From: a virus
Lineage: Duplodnaviria; Caudoviricetes
Direction: 5' to 3' (one strand)
Length of the DNA stretch: 49,662 nt
Virus record (IMG/VR): IMGVR_UViG_3300037797_000107
Location: 1 to 49,662 of that record
Shown here piece by piece: positions 24,073 through 32,961 of this stretch (positions within the stretch are counted from its first letter, which is position 1; the number at the start of each line of letters is the position of its first letter). The notes under the pieces were generated by a model that was not told where the DNA came from, did no database searches, and saw nothing but the letters and a program-made list of their open reading frames with translations. Position numbers and translations under genes: made by a program.

Positions 24073-25019
24073 TGGTGGAGTTTCGGAAAGCGGAACGGAA
24101 GAAAGCAAAGCTGCGATGCGGAATCTCTGGACCCTCGGGGTCGGGGAAGACGTACTCCGCCCTCCTCCTGGCGTTCGGGCTTGGAGGAAGGGTTGCGGTG
24201 ATCGACACGGAGAACGGTTCCGCCGATCTGTACGCCGATCTCGGGGAGTACGACGTTCTCCCGATCAAATCCCCCTTCACCACGGACAAGTACATCGAGG
24301 GGATCAAGGCGGCGGAGAAGGCCGGATACTCGACCATCATCATCGACTCCCTTTCCCATGCGTGGTCGGGGGAAGGCGGACTCCTCGACCAGCAGGGGAA
24401 AATCGCCGACAGCGGGAGGGGTAACTCCTACACAGCATGGCGGACGATTACCCCGAAGCACAACGCGCTTGTGGAGGCGATGCTGCAGAGCGGGTGTCAC
24501 ATCATCGCCACGGTGCGGTCGAAGACGGAGTACGTCATCGAGAAGAACGACAAAGGAAAGGATGCCCCGCGCAAAGTGGGGATGGCCCCGATTCAGCGCG
24601 AGGGGATGGAATACGAGTTCACGGTGTTCTTCGACCTGTCGATAGACCACACAGCTTCCACGTCGAAGGATCGCACCTCTCAATTCGATGGGGTGTATTT
24701 CAAACCCGTGATTGAAACGGGAGAGAAGATGCTGGCATGGCTCAACTCAGGGGCGGATGTACCACCTCCGGCGGAAACCGAACCCCCCCCCGAAGAAACC
24801 CCTGCGGATCCCGAAGCAATCACGGCGGCGCAGATCACGAAGATTCAGGCCATGTTCACATCCATCGGCATCAAGGACCGCGAGGAAAAGAGGGCGTGGG
24901 TTATCAAGGCACTCAAGTTGGAGAAACTGGAATCGATCAAGGACCTGAAAAGACATGAAGCGTCCAACCTGATCTCAGCCCTCGAAGACGAGGAATCGAA
25001 GAAGGGAGCCGCCGCATGA
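24072..25019 (+). CDS. Sak4-like / AAA_24 ATPase recombinase
   Basis: GPSGSGKT, IDTENGS, IIDSLSHAW, EYEFT; adjacent to ssb. Confidence 0.88.
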   Translation: MVEFRKAERKKAKLRCGISGPSGSGKTYSALLLAFGLGGRVAVIDTENGSADLYADLGEYDVLPIKSPFTTDKYIEGIKAAEKAGYSTIIIDSLSHAWSGEGGLLDQQGKIADSGRGNSYTAWRTITPKHNALVEAMLQSGCHIIATVRSKTEYVIEKNDKGKDAPRKVGMAPIQREGMEYEFTVFFDLSIDHTASTSKDRTSQFDGVYFKPVIETGEKMLAWLNSGADVPPPAETEPPPEETPADPEAITAAQITKIQAMFTSIGIKDREEKRAWVIKALKLEKLESIKDLKRHEASNLISALEDEESKKGAAA

Positions 25020-25384
25020 GTTTCACAAACCAAGTGGCAATCGACGGGAACCTCACGAAAGATGGAGAGTTCAAATTCTCCGATGGTGGTGTTGCCGTCC
25101 TAAAACTGAGTATTGCCCACAACACGAAGATCAAGGAGAAGGAGGAAGTGTCCTTTTTCGATGTGGTGGTCTTCGGGAAACATGCGGAGTACGTTGCGGA
25201 CTTCGCGGTGAAGGGGGCCAACGCCACCGTGATCGGTAGGTTACAGCAGGACCGCTGGGAGAAAGAGGGCACGAAATATCAGCGCGTGAAGATCATCGCC
25301 AATCAATGCGTATTCGGAAGGGTGAAACCTTCGACGGCAACGCCTGCGGAGGCCACCCCCCCGGACGACGATATCCCGTTCTGA
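25016..25384 (+). CDS. ssb: Single-stranded DNA-binding protein
   Basis: GNLTKD, GRLQQDRWE, C-terminal DDDIPF. Confidence 0.95.
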   Translation: MSFTNQVAIDGNLTKDGEFKFSDGGVAVLKLSIAHNTKIKEKEEVSFFDVVVFGKHAEYVADFAVKGANATVIGRLQQDRWEKEGTKYQRVKIIANQCVFGRVKPSTATPAEATPPDDDIPF

Positions 25385-25485
25385 TTGTGGCGCATCCCGA
25401 AAGGGAGACGACGCCACATGGCGGGGGGAGAGCGATCGGGCATCGCGCCAGCATCCCCCCGCCGCCCAAACTGAAAGGAGACTCC

Positions 25486-25635
25486 ATGCTCAACGCCCAC
25501 GTAACCAACATCCGCACCCGCAACCCCGTACTCCTCAAGTTTCTCGAATGGGCGGTCAAGCTGGCCGGCGCGGAAATGCGGTACTGGAAAAGCCGGCCGC
25601 GCAGGGAGAAGGTAAAGGGGGAGGTCGCCCCATAA
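25486..25635 (+). CDS. Small hypothetical protein
   Basis: AAGGAG RBS; 49 aa. Confidence 0.5.
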   Translation: MLNAHVTNIRTRNPVLLKFLEWAVKLAGAEMRYWKSRPRREKVKGEVAP

Positions 25636-25832
25636 TGTCTTCCCTCCGCGCGCTCCGCCGCAAGTCCTGCGAGGGTAAGGTTGCTCATGCCTCCATGGGA
25701 GCGGCGTGGATCGTTGCAAGTAGAACGCGCGGGGAGATGAGGCCGTACCGCTGTAAGTTCTGCGGGCATTATCACGTCGGCCACGAACCGTCGAAGCAGC
25801 AGCGAAGGAGGCAGAACGGGCATGGCGCGTGA
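25635..25832 (+). CDS. Small zinc-binding protein
   Basis: CEGK...YRCKFCGHYHVGH. Confidence 0.65.
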   Translation: MSSLRALRRKSCEGKVAHASMGAAWIVASRTRGEMRPYRCKFCGHYHVGHEPSKQQRRRQNGHGA

Positions 25833-25998
25833 AGTGAAATTTGAGATCCCGCCTTCCGCGAACCCGGCGGAGTGCCGCGGCTGCAAGGCGCTCATCTACT
25901 GGATCAAGCCGAAGGAGAAGGCGATGCCGGTCAACCCGGACGGAACGAGCCACTTTTCGAACTGTCCGAAGGCGGCGGAGTTCAGGAGGAAGAAATGA
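25822..25998 (+). CDS. Small zinc-binding protein (58 aa)
   Basis: CRGCKALIYW...MPVNPDGTSHFSNCP; AGGAGG RBS. Confidence 0.65.
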   Translation: MAREVKFEIPPSANPAECRGCKALIYWIKPKEKAMPVNPDGTSHFSNCPKAAEFRRKK

Positions 25999-26456
25999 GC
26001 AAGATCTACCTCGCGCACACGACCGTCTCGGCGGACCGCTCCGCCCAGGAGATCATCCGGGAGATCACGTCCCGCCATGCCACGCAGATCCGGCAGGACT
26101 ACAACGGGGGCGGCGTGCTGACCGGCCTCCACTTCCTGATCCCGCTGCAGAACGGGAACACCCTACCGGTGACGCTGCCGGCGAGGATGGACGCGATGAA
26201 GAAGGTCCTGTACCGGGACCTCGGGCCCCGGCAGAAGCAGAAGATGTCCGAGGACGACATGGCCGACGCCGCGGCGAGGATCGTGTGGCGACAGCTGGCC
26301 GCCTGGGTGAAGGCGCAGATGGCGCTCGTCGACCTCGAAATGGTCCGCCCCGAAGAGGTGTTCCTTCCGTACATCCAGGTAGCGCCGAACAAGACGATGT
26401 TCCAGGCGATCCAGGAGGGCGGGTTCACGATGAAGGCGCTGAAGGGAAAGGAATGA
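25995..26456 (+). CDS. Phage hypothetical protein (153 aa)
   Basis: AARIVWRQLAAWVKAQMALV...EVFLPY; AGGAGG RBS. Confidence 0.75.
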   Translation: MSKIYLAHTTVSADRSAQEIIREITSRHATQIRQDYNGGGVLTGLHFLIPLQNGNTLPVTLPARMDAMKKVLYRDLGPRQKQKMSEDDMADAAARIVWRQLAAWVKAQMALVDLEMVRPEEVFLPYIQVAPNKTMFQAIQEGGFTMKALKGKE

Positions 26457-26481
26457 CCCGCGCCAGCGAGGAGCTGTTCGG

Positions 26482-27297
26482 ATGATCCGCGTCTTCCCCC
26501 GCCTCACGAAATGGACGCCGACGGATGCGCTGGCCTTCGTCGGGGATCCTCCGCTGTTCCGTCCACCGGAGCAACCCGTGGCGGTCTCCGTCACGTTCGC
26601 CGGTGACATCCCCGAGGGAAAGCGGCTGCAGGGGGCCTGGTCATCGCACTACCCGGACGTGCGCCTGGGCGGTCCCGCCTTCGGGGATCCCGGCGGCGAG
26701 TTTACTCCCGGCCAGTTCCTCAAGCCCGGAGTCACCATAACCTCCCGCGGATGCCCCTGCTCCTGCCCGTGGTGCTTCGTTCCGGGGCGAGAGGGCAAGA
26801 TCCGGGAGTACACCATCCAGCCTGGGTACATTGTGCAGGACAACAATCTCCTCGCCTGTTCCCGGGGGCACATCGAAGCGGTCTTCGAGATGCTGAAGCA
26901 TCAGGATGCCGCCGCGATTTTCTCCGGGGGCCTCGACGTCAGGCTCCTTCGCCCGTGGCATCGCGCGCTGATTGACAACATTCGAGTCAATGAACTGTGG
27001 TTCGCCTGCGATTCCGCCCTGGTGGTGCCTCACCTTCGGAAGGCAGCGGAACTCCTCGAGGGGATACCGATCCGGAAACGCCGGTGCTACGTGATGATCG
27101 GATTCTCGCAATTCTTTCGAGGGGAATCTATCGTGGACGCGGAGCGGCGCCTTGAGGCCGTGTACGAGATGGGCTTTCTCCCCTTCAGCCAACTCTATCG
27201 GGGTCCGGGGGAGCGGAAATACGATCGTGAATGGAAGGCCCTGAACAAGAAGTGGAGTCGGCCGGCAGCGTACCGGACCGATCGGGTAGCCCGATGA
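26482..27297 (+). CDS. Radical SAM-like protein
   Basis: TSRGCPCSCPWCFVP, DNNLLA, YVMIGF. Confidence 0.85.
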   Translation: MIRVFPRLTKWTPTDALAFVGDPPLFRPPEQPVAVSVTFAGDIPEGKRLQGAWSSHYPDVRLGGPAFGDPGGEFTPGQFLKPGVTITSRGCPCSCPWCFVPGREGKIREYTIQPGYIVQDNNLLACSRGHIEAVFEMLKHQDAAAIFSGGLDVRLLRPWHRALIDNIRVNELWFACDSALVVPHLRKAAELLEGIPIRKRRCYVMIGFSQFFRGESIVDAERRLEAVYEMGFLPFSQLYRGPGERKYDREWKALNKKWSRPAAYRTDRVAR

Positions 27298-27800
27298 ACT
27301 CCGCCGTCGCCCGCATCGCCGCCCGGTGGATCACGCCCGAGGAATTATCGAGGGTCTATGGCGGGAAATTTGAGCCGAAGGCACTCGCTTATTTTGCAAA
27401 GTCCGGGCAGATTCCATGCGCGAGATTGAACAGTACCTCCTTCCGATTCTGCCGGGATGACATATGGTCGCATGATTTCCAGAAAGCACTCTTTGAGGCA
27501 AGCGATCCTCGCCTTAGAACCACGCTTGCCACAAGGATGAAGCGGATGGATTCACAAACGGGAGAGTTGATATGTAGAGCTTGCGGCACGAAGGAATGTG
27601 AACCCGGCAGGTCTCCTGCGTTTTCTTTCCCATACCATCATGTCGTACCGCTCCAATTCGGCGGAGCAGACGATAGGAAAAACCTCGTTCTCCTATGCCG
27701 AAAATGCCACAAGAGCGCCCACGTCCAATTTCCAAAGGGACCGGAGGGAGAGGTGGGCGAGGGAGAATACCTCAAAATCGTTGCAGGAAGAACTGAATGA
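27294..27800 (+). CDS. Excisionase-like HTH fused to an HNH domain
   Basis: WITPEEL...GQIPCARL...FRF, then CRAC...HHVVPLQFGGADDRKNLVLLCRKCH. Confidence 0.75.
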   Translation: MNSAVARIAARWITPEELSRVYGGKFEPKALAYFAKSGQIPCARLNSTSFRFCRDDIWSHDFQKALFEASDPRLRTTLATRMKRMDSQTGELICRACGTKECEPGRSPAFSFPYHHVVPLQFGGADDRKNLVLLCRKCHKSAHVQFPKGPEGEVGEGEYLKIVAGRTE

Positions 27801-29044
27801 TCCAGCCTTCGCCTGCGCCCCTCGGGGCCAGTATCTCTCCCCTGAGGTTGACTCCGGGGGGCCAGGCGAAGTACCCTCCCTCGGGAAATACCTCGGGGGA
27901 GGGCCTGTCCATGGTCGGAGTCATCCGCGGCGTGAAGAAGTGTGCGTGCGGCGGCAAGTGGGAAGTCATCCGTTCCGAAGCTACCAACGATCAGATTGAT
28001 TTGCGGTGCAAGTGCGGCCAGCGCCCGCGGCACGTCTTCATCGACGCGAGGCCCTGGGGGGATCGGATCCGCAAGGACCCGAAGACCGACAAGAAATGGG
28101 ACTCGTACAACGCCGCATGGAAGTTCCTCGTCCGCATGAACGACGAGAAGGACGCCCACACGTTCGACCGCAGCCGGTATGTTCCCGCGAAGATGAAGGA
28201 GATGACGGTCGCCACGGAAGCGGCGAAGTGGATCGCCTCCATCGACCGCGTGAAGTACCGGTCCCGGCACGAATCCTCGTCCAACGCGATAAAGTATTTC
28301 TTGCCGGAGATCGGCCGGATGGACGTCCGCGACGTCCGCAAGGGGCACCTCGTCGCCATGCGGGACAAGTGGCTGGCCATCCCCCGGGACCCCTCCTCCG
28401 TGAAGACGTACCTCGGCCGGGTGATCGCGTTCCTGCGATGGCTCGAGGAGCGGGAGATCGTCGCGTCGGTCCCGAAGATGCCGAAGGTGGAGATCCCGTA
28501 CAAGAAGCGCCCGTGGATCAACCGGGATGGGCAGGAGAGAATCCTCAATAAAATCGCCGCGCGCCACCGCCTTATCTTCGAGCTCCTGATCGAGCAGGGC
28601 ATCCGCCAGGGGGAGGCGTGCGGCCTGCTGGTGAGGGACATCGCCGACGGGGAGGTCGTCATCGAGCGCGCGCTGGACTCCGCCGGGAACGAGAAGGGGG
28701 TGAAGAAATCCAGGGACGGCGAGGTGATCGCACGATACCTGCCCGTGTCCCGGGAGTTGTATGCGAAACTGGAAGCCCACGCCCGGGGGAGATTCGGCGC
28801 GGAGCCGCTGTTTCGGAACCGCTACGGGAACGCGTACCGGTCGAAGGGCCTGTGGCTGATCTGGCACGAGGCGTCGATCGCCGCAGGGTTGCCGATCTCC
28901 CCCCGGGAAGGTACCCGGCACTCGAAGGCGTCGCAGATGAGGAAGCGGATCGAGATGGCGAATGCGATATCAACGCAGCTAGGGAACACACCGGCCGTCG
29001 CGATGGCGAAGTACGCACGTCCACGGGAGGAGGAGGTCAGGTGA
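27797..29044 (+). CDS. int: Tyrosine integrase (start may be 27911)
   Basis: GIRQGEACGL, GTRHSKAS, QLGNT...KY; core-binding region SSVKTYLGRVIAFLRW. Confidence 0.88.
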   Translation: MIQPSPAPLGASISPLRLTPGGQAKYPPSGNTSGEGLSMVGVIRGVKKCACGGKWEVIRSEATNDQIDLRCKCGQRPRHVFIDARPWGDRIRKDPKTDKKWDSYNAAWKFLVRMNDEKDAHTFDRSRYVPAKMKEMTVATEAAKWIASIDRVKYRSRHESSSNAIKYFLPEIGRMDVRDVRKGHLVAMRDKWLAIPRDPSSVKTYLGRVIAFLRWLEEREIVASVPKMPKVEIPYKKRPWINRDGQERILNKIAARHRLIFELLIEQGIRQGEACGLLVRDIADGEVVIERALDSAGNEKGVKKSRDGEVIARYLPVSRELYAKLEAHARGRFGAEPLFRNRYGNAYRSKGLWLIWHEASIAAGLPISPREGTRHSKASQMRKRIEMANAISTQLGNTPAVAMAKYARPREEEVR

Positions 29045-29313
29045 AGGTAACTCGTACAAATAGAGGATTTGAATTGATCGAGTTTAACGACAGGAATAGA
29101 GAGCCATGTTCTCTACAACAGTCAAGCCTTGCAGAATATGAACCTCCGGGATCGTCGGCAATATGGTTCGGCACCCACAAAGACAGGATGCACCTAACGG
29201 TGGAACAGTTGAAAGAGATCATGCCGCACCTTCAATCATGGATTGATACCGGATCATTCCGCCTCGCGTTGAGCACCCCCTCCCCTCCGGGCGGGGGAAA
29301 GGAGGAATTGTGA
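29041..29313 (+). CDS. Hypothetical protein (90 aa)
   Basis: GTG start overlaps the int stop; TNRGF...CSLQQSSLA...IWFG...RMHL. Confidence 0.7.
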   Translation: MKVTRTNRGFELIEFNDRNREPCSLQQSSLAEYEPPGSSAIWFGTHKDRMHLTVEQLKEIMPHLQSWIDTGSFRLALSTPSPPGGGKEEL

Positions 29314-29594
29314 CCGAGGAAGAGTGGAAAGAGTTCGATACCCCCGAGGGATTCTGGAAGAAGATGGTTGAGGTCGCTCATCGGCCAGAATATAAAAACA
29401 ACCGACGGCATGAGGCTACACGGTGGGCGGGCGCGGAGATGGCATGGCTGCGGGCCATTCTCGACATGACCGAAACGTGCCTGCAATCAATGGTTATTAA
29501 GGCGTCCGATACTAACGACTACGCACGGAATATGCAAAAGGGGCTTTCGGAGGAACGCCGCCGCGCCAGAGGTGGGGGAAAGGAGGAGGGATGA
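29310..29594 (+). CDS. Hypothetical protein
   Basis: AGGAGG RBS; coupled. Confidence 0.6.
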   Translation: MTEEEWKEFDTPEGFWKKMVEVAHRPEYKNNRRHEATRWAGAEMAWLRAILDMTETCLQSMVIKASDTNDYARNMQKGLSEERRRARGGGKEEG

Positions 29595-30115
29595 GTTACA
29601 CGACGGTCAAGGCCATTTGGCCCGGAGAAAAGGTAGAAGATTTGGAGGAACTGCGAAACTCACATGGTTCCGCCCCCTTGATATGGAATGCCCTCTGCAT
29701 GAGATACCTTGGACTAGAAAGTTATTACTACATGAGTTCCGACCTTGACCGCCTGTGGGCGAAATGGAAGGACCTGTCCATTCCCGAAGCGATTCGCGCT
29801 GTATTAATGATGACGTTCGACCATGCGTATATAGCCAAAAAGGATTACCAGCGGGCAGCGGGCGATATACGGACATTTCTAAAAGAATTTCCGGTTCCAT
29901 CGAATCGCGTAAACCATTGGCCGGCCATAGCCTGTATTTTGGAAAAGGCCGATGCTCCCGCCATCGGGTTCCAACATACTTCAGTTTCGGAAGATCCTTG
30001 GCAGGGACCTTGGAACGAGGAAAAAGAAGAACACGAACCGCTGGACTGGAGCAAGGCGTACAGCATCTACGATGATCTTTACGAACTGAAGGAAGCGTCC
30101 AGAGTGTCCAAATAG
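29591..30115 (+). CDS. Hypothetical protein
   Basis: AGGAGG RBS; 174 aa; coupled. Confidence 0.75.
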   Translation: MSYTTVKAIWPGEKVEDLEELRNSHGSAPLIWNALCMRYLGLESYYYMSSDLDRLWAKWKDLSIPEAIRAVLMMTFDHAYIAKKDYQRAAGDIRTFLKEFPVPSNRVNHWPAIACILEKADAPAIGFQHTSVSEDPWQGPWNEEKEEHEPLDWSKAYSIYDDLYELKEASRVSK

Positions 30116-30276
30116 TGTCCAAGCGGGTGAAGCGTACCCGCAAGGTATCTGGAAGCAAAAGGTAATTCGTTACCAGGACATTCGACGGAGACACGTCCCG
30201 GTGGGCTGTAAGTGGCCGGAATCATTGAGACGAGGGCGGAGAAGATGTCCCGGGGAAGTGTCCATAAAGTGTCCAA
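30103..30276. other. Putative attP with integrase arm-type repeats
   Basis: AGTGTCCAW at 30103, 30114, 30257 and 30268: two pairs at 11-bp spacing, in the gap where the operons converge. Confidence 0.65.
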
Positions 30277-30450
30277 AAGGATGGATCCCATGCCATGCTC
30301 ATTGCCCGACCGCCATAATCGCCCCACAATCGACGATCTCCCCATGGAACCCGGCCCTCAAGCCCGAGGTCGAAAAAGGGTCCGATCGCCCCACACGGCC
30401 AGGATGCGGCGGCGTGGCATAGGCTGTCGATCAAAGGGAGCCTCCGACCC

Positions 30451-31071
30451 TCAAACGCACCGGTCCATCCGATCCCTCTCTCCGACCATCCGCACGAACT
30501 TCTTCGCCATCGCGCCCGAGAACTGCGTCCCGCTGACGCGCAGGACCTCGTCCATCGTCTCCTTCACGGACAGCGCCCTCCGGTACGGCCGATTGGACGT
30601 CATCGCGTCGAACACGTCCGCCAGGGAGATGATCCGCGCGTGGAGCGGGATCTGGTCCCCCTTCAGCCCGTCCGGGTACCCGCCGCCGTTGTGCCATTCG
30701 TGGTGGGCCCGCACCACGGGGATGTACTGGTGCAGGAGCGGAGCCATCCACAGGATGTCAGCGCCGGTCACCGGGTGCTCCCGCATCTTCTCTTCCTGCC
30801 GGGCGTTCAGCGGGCCTTTCTTATGGAGGATGGCGTCGGATATGTTCACCTTCCCGATGTCGTGGAGGAGCGCCGCCCGCTCCAGCTGCAGAATCTCCTC
30901 CTCGCCGACCCCGAGAAACCTCGCGAACTCGCACGACATCCGCGACACCCGCGCGGCGTGACCGAGCGTGTACGTGTCCCGCGCGTCCAGGAGAGCGGCG
31001 ATGAGGCGGACCATGCTGCGGGTCGCCTCTTCCAGCTCGGCGCGGCATTCCCGTTCGGCGTCCTCGGTCAT
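30451..31071 (-). CDS. HD-GYP domain phosphodiesterase
   Basis: YTLGHAARV, LLHDIGK, HHEWHNGGGYPDGLKG, ADVFDAMTSNRPYR, GTQF. Confidence 0.93.
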   Translation of the reverse strand: MTEDAERECRAELEEATRSMVRLIAALLDARDTYTLGHAARVSRMSCEFARFLGVGEEEILQLERAALLHDIGKVNISDAILHKKGPLNARQEEKMREHPVTGADILWMAPLLHQYIPVVRAHHEWHNGGGYPDGLKGDQIPLHARIISLADVFDAMTSNRPYRRALSVKETMDEVLRVSGTQFSGAMAKKFVRMVGERDRMDRCV

Positions 31072-31244
31072 CTTGGTAGGCGATAATCCGTTTCTCTGTT
31101 ATCGCGGCGCCGAATGTCCTCCATGTTTTTATCCGAGATCTCCTGATAGGCGTCGATCTTTCCCTTCCGGTAGAAGACGATTCCGCCGATGACAAGTCCC
31201 ACGAGGAACGCCAGGATCAAGTAGGACACGCTGTACTCTTCCAT
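31068..31244 (-). CDS. Small single-TM protein (58 aa)
   Basis: MEEYSVSYLILAFLVGLVIGGIVFYRK; overlaps both neighbours. Confidence 0.6.
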   Translation of the reverse strand: MEEYSVSYLILAFLVGLVIGGIVFYRKGKIDAYQEISDKNMEDIRRRDNRETDYRLPR

Positions 31245-31837
31245 CAGAAACGGTAATCCACAATGGCCGCTCCGCCGAAATCCGCCCCGGATCGGTCGTC
31301 TCTCTTCCCGTAACCGCGCACCTCCACGGTGACCGGTCCGACCCGGAGGGGCCTCGCGTAGATCTCGCCGAGCACCAGCCCCCCGGTCCCCATCCCCGCA
31401 CGGACCCCGAATTCCTTCTGGACGGCGAAGAAGGGGGGCGTGGCAGGCTTGTATTCGATCGACCCCACTCCTACCCCGTCCACGTTGCGGAGGATGGCCG
31501 ACGCGGTACCGCCGGCCGGCGAGGGGGGGATCTTCGCCGAGGCGACCACATGGGCCGTATTATCAGCCATCGTCGCCGGCGTCAGGGCGCCCGGGAGTTT
31601 TTCGATGTACTTTATCTTTTCGATCGTGCGGATCCTTTCCGGCCCCGGTATGAGGACCCGCTCGATTCTTTCCACGACGCGGGACTCCTGCGCCTGCTGC
31701 GCCGGTTGCGGGGCGTTCGTCCACGGCTTGAGAGAGTCGGGGGCAAACCGCAGATAGGCAATGGCCAACAGACCAATAAACACAAGGAGCACGATATTGT
31801 TCGAAAGGGCAGCAGACCCGATCTTTTTCCAATCCAT
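31244..31837 (-). CDS. Membrane-anchored lysis-region protein (spanin candidate)
   Basis: N-terminal TM segment; C-terminal amphipathic strands ending DYRF. Confidence 0.6.
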   Translation of the reverse strand: MDWKKIGSAALSNNIVLLVFIGLLAIAYLRFAPDSLKPWTNAPQPAQQAQESRVVERIERVLIPGPERIRTIEKIKYIEKLPGALTPATMADNTAHVVASAKIPPSPAGGTASAILRNVDGVGVGSIEYKPATPPFFAVQKEFGVRAGMGTGGLVLGEIYARPLRVGPVTVEVRGYGKRDDRSGADFGGAAIVDYRF

Positions 31838-31851
31838 CTACCTATCCTCTC

Positions 31852-32202
31852 CTATGTCGCTTCCTTGGGCTTGTCGGCGCGCGGCTCCGGTTGTTTCCCT
31901 TGCTCCGAGTTGTACTTGGAGTTCGTGATATACCCGGCTGTCAATTTTCCTAGACATAGCGCTACGAGAGCGAAGATTATTCCCGTATTGGCTGTCCACC
32001 AGTCCGGCGTCGGGAACATTGGAACGGTGATGTACCTCTTCAGCGGGTCGTCCCACACCCGCCACACGAACATCTTCTCGACCCATCCCATCAGGACCGT
32101 AGATGCGAGCATCATCCCGACCCACGTGCCGAGGTACTGATCGAAGTCCCGGAGGAACTTCTCGAACCAATCTTTTTTCGGCGCAGGAGCAGTCCCGCTC
32201 AA
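31852..32202 (-). CDS. Holin-like membrane protein
   Basis: Two TM segments and a charged C terminus; near the endolysin. Confidence 0.55.
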   Translation of the reverse strand: MSGTAPAPKKDWFEKFLRDFDQYLGTWVGMMLASTVLMGWVEKMFVWRVWDDPLKRYITVPMFPTPDWWTANTGIIFALVALCLGKLTAGYITNSKYNSEQGKQPEPRADKPKEAT

Positions 32203-32372
32203 AGCCTCTTCCCGACGTCCTTGATGGTGCCGGCAACCTCTTCCGCCGTTGCCTTGATGATCCCGACCTTCCGCAGAAGGCTTTCCTTGTGCTTGCCTCC
32301 CACGAAGAATCCCACGACGAACCCGACGACCAGCGCTACGATTACCAGAGCGAATACCGTTGCTGTGCTCAT
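32199..32372 (-). CDS. Small single-TM protein (57 aa)
   Basis: MSTATVFALVIVALVVGFVVGFFVGG; AAGGAGG RBS. Confidence 0.65.
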   Translation of the reverse strand: MSTATVFALVIVALVVGFVVGFFVGGKHKESLLRKVGIIKATAEEVAGTIKDVGKRL

Positions 32373-32469
32373 TTGTTGCCTCCTTCTTTTAATATGGGTC
32401 CATCAGCGTCCATAAGATCACCACAAGGGCCAGCAACAGGAACGCGGTATTAGTGTCCATCTGCGGCCC

Positions 32470-32961
32470 TCACAGGAATGTTTTTAGCGCGTCGTAGCAG
32501 CGATTCACCGTGCCGCGCCGCGCCGCTTTCGGTGTGGCGATGTTGTGCTTCTCGATCCGCAGCGCCACGTAATGCGATGCGTCCAGGTACGGCTTCGCCT
32601 GATTGAACGACTCCACGGACAGGCCGAGGGCGGCGAACAGATCCACCAGGTGCGCCGCGACCTTCGGAGCCTCCGGCAGCATTACCTCCACGTCGTCCAA
32701 GCCAAGGTTTACGCAGCTGTCGAAGACGACGCAGTCCAGCGGATAGGAGAGCCGGTCGCACCCGGCCGGGATCCAGTAATCGGAGAAGTAGATGTCGGCG
32801 ATCGCGTCGTCGGAGAGGCTGCGGGCGAGAATCTTCTCCTTAAGCTTCGGGTATTGCTTCGCGGAGATCCCTTTCCACGTGGGACCGCCGGAGTCGATCG
32901 TGAAGCCTCCCTCCCACCGGAGCGTGAACGGCAGCGCCTTCGTGATGAAGTTCTCCCGCAT
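32470..32961 (-). CDS. Endolysin, glycoside hydrolase family 108
   Basis: LRWEGG...DSGGPTWKGIS, IYFSDYW, VFDSCVNLG. Confidence 0.88.
   Translation of the reverse strand: MRENFITKALPFTLRWEGGFTIDSGGPTWKGISAKQYPKLKEKILARSLSDDAIADIYFSDYWIPAGCDRLSYPLDCVVFDSCVNLGLDDVEVMLPEAPKVAAHLVDLFAALGLSVESFNQAKPYLDASHYVALRIEKHNIATPKAARRGTVNRCYDALKTFL

Noticed and set aside
32389-32460. 23-aa hydrophobic peptide after the endolysin
   Set aside because: It is plausible but too short to call without homologues.
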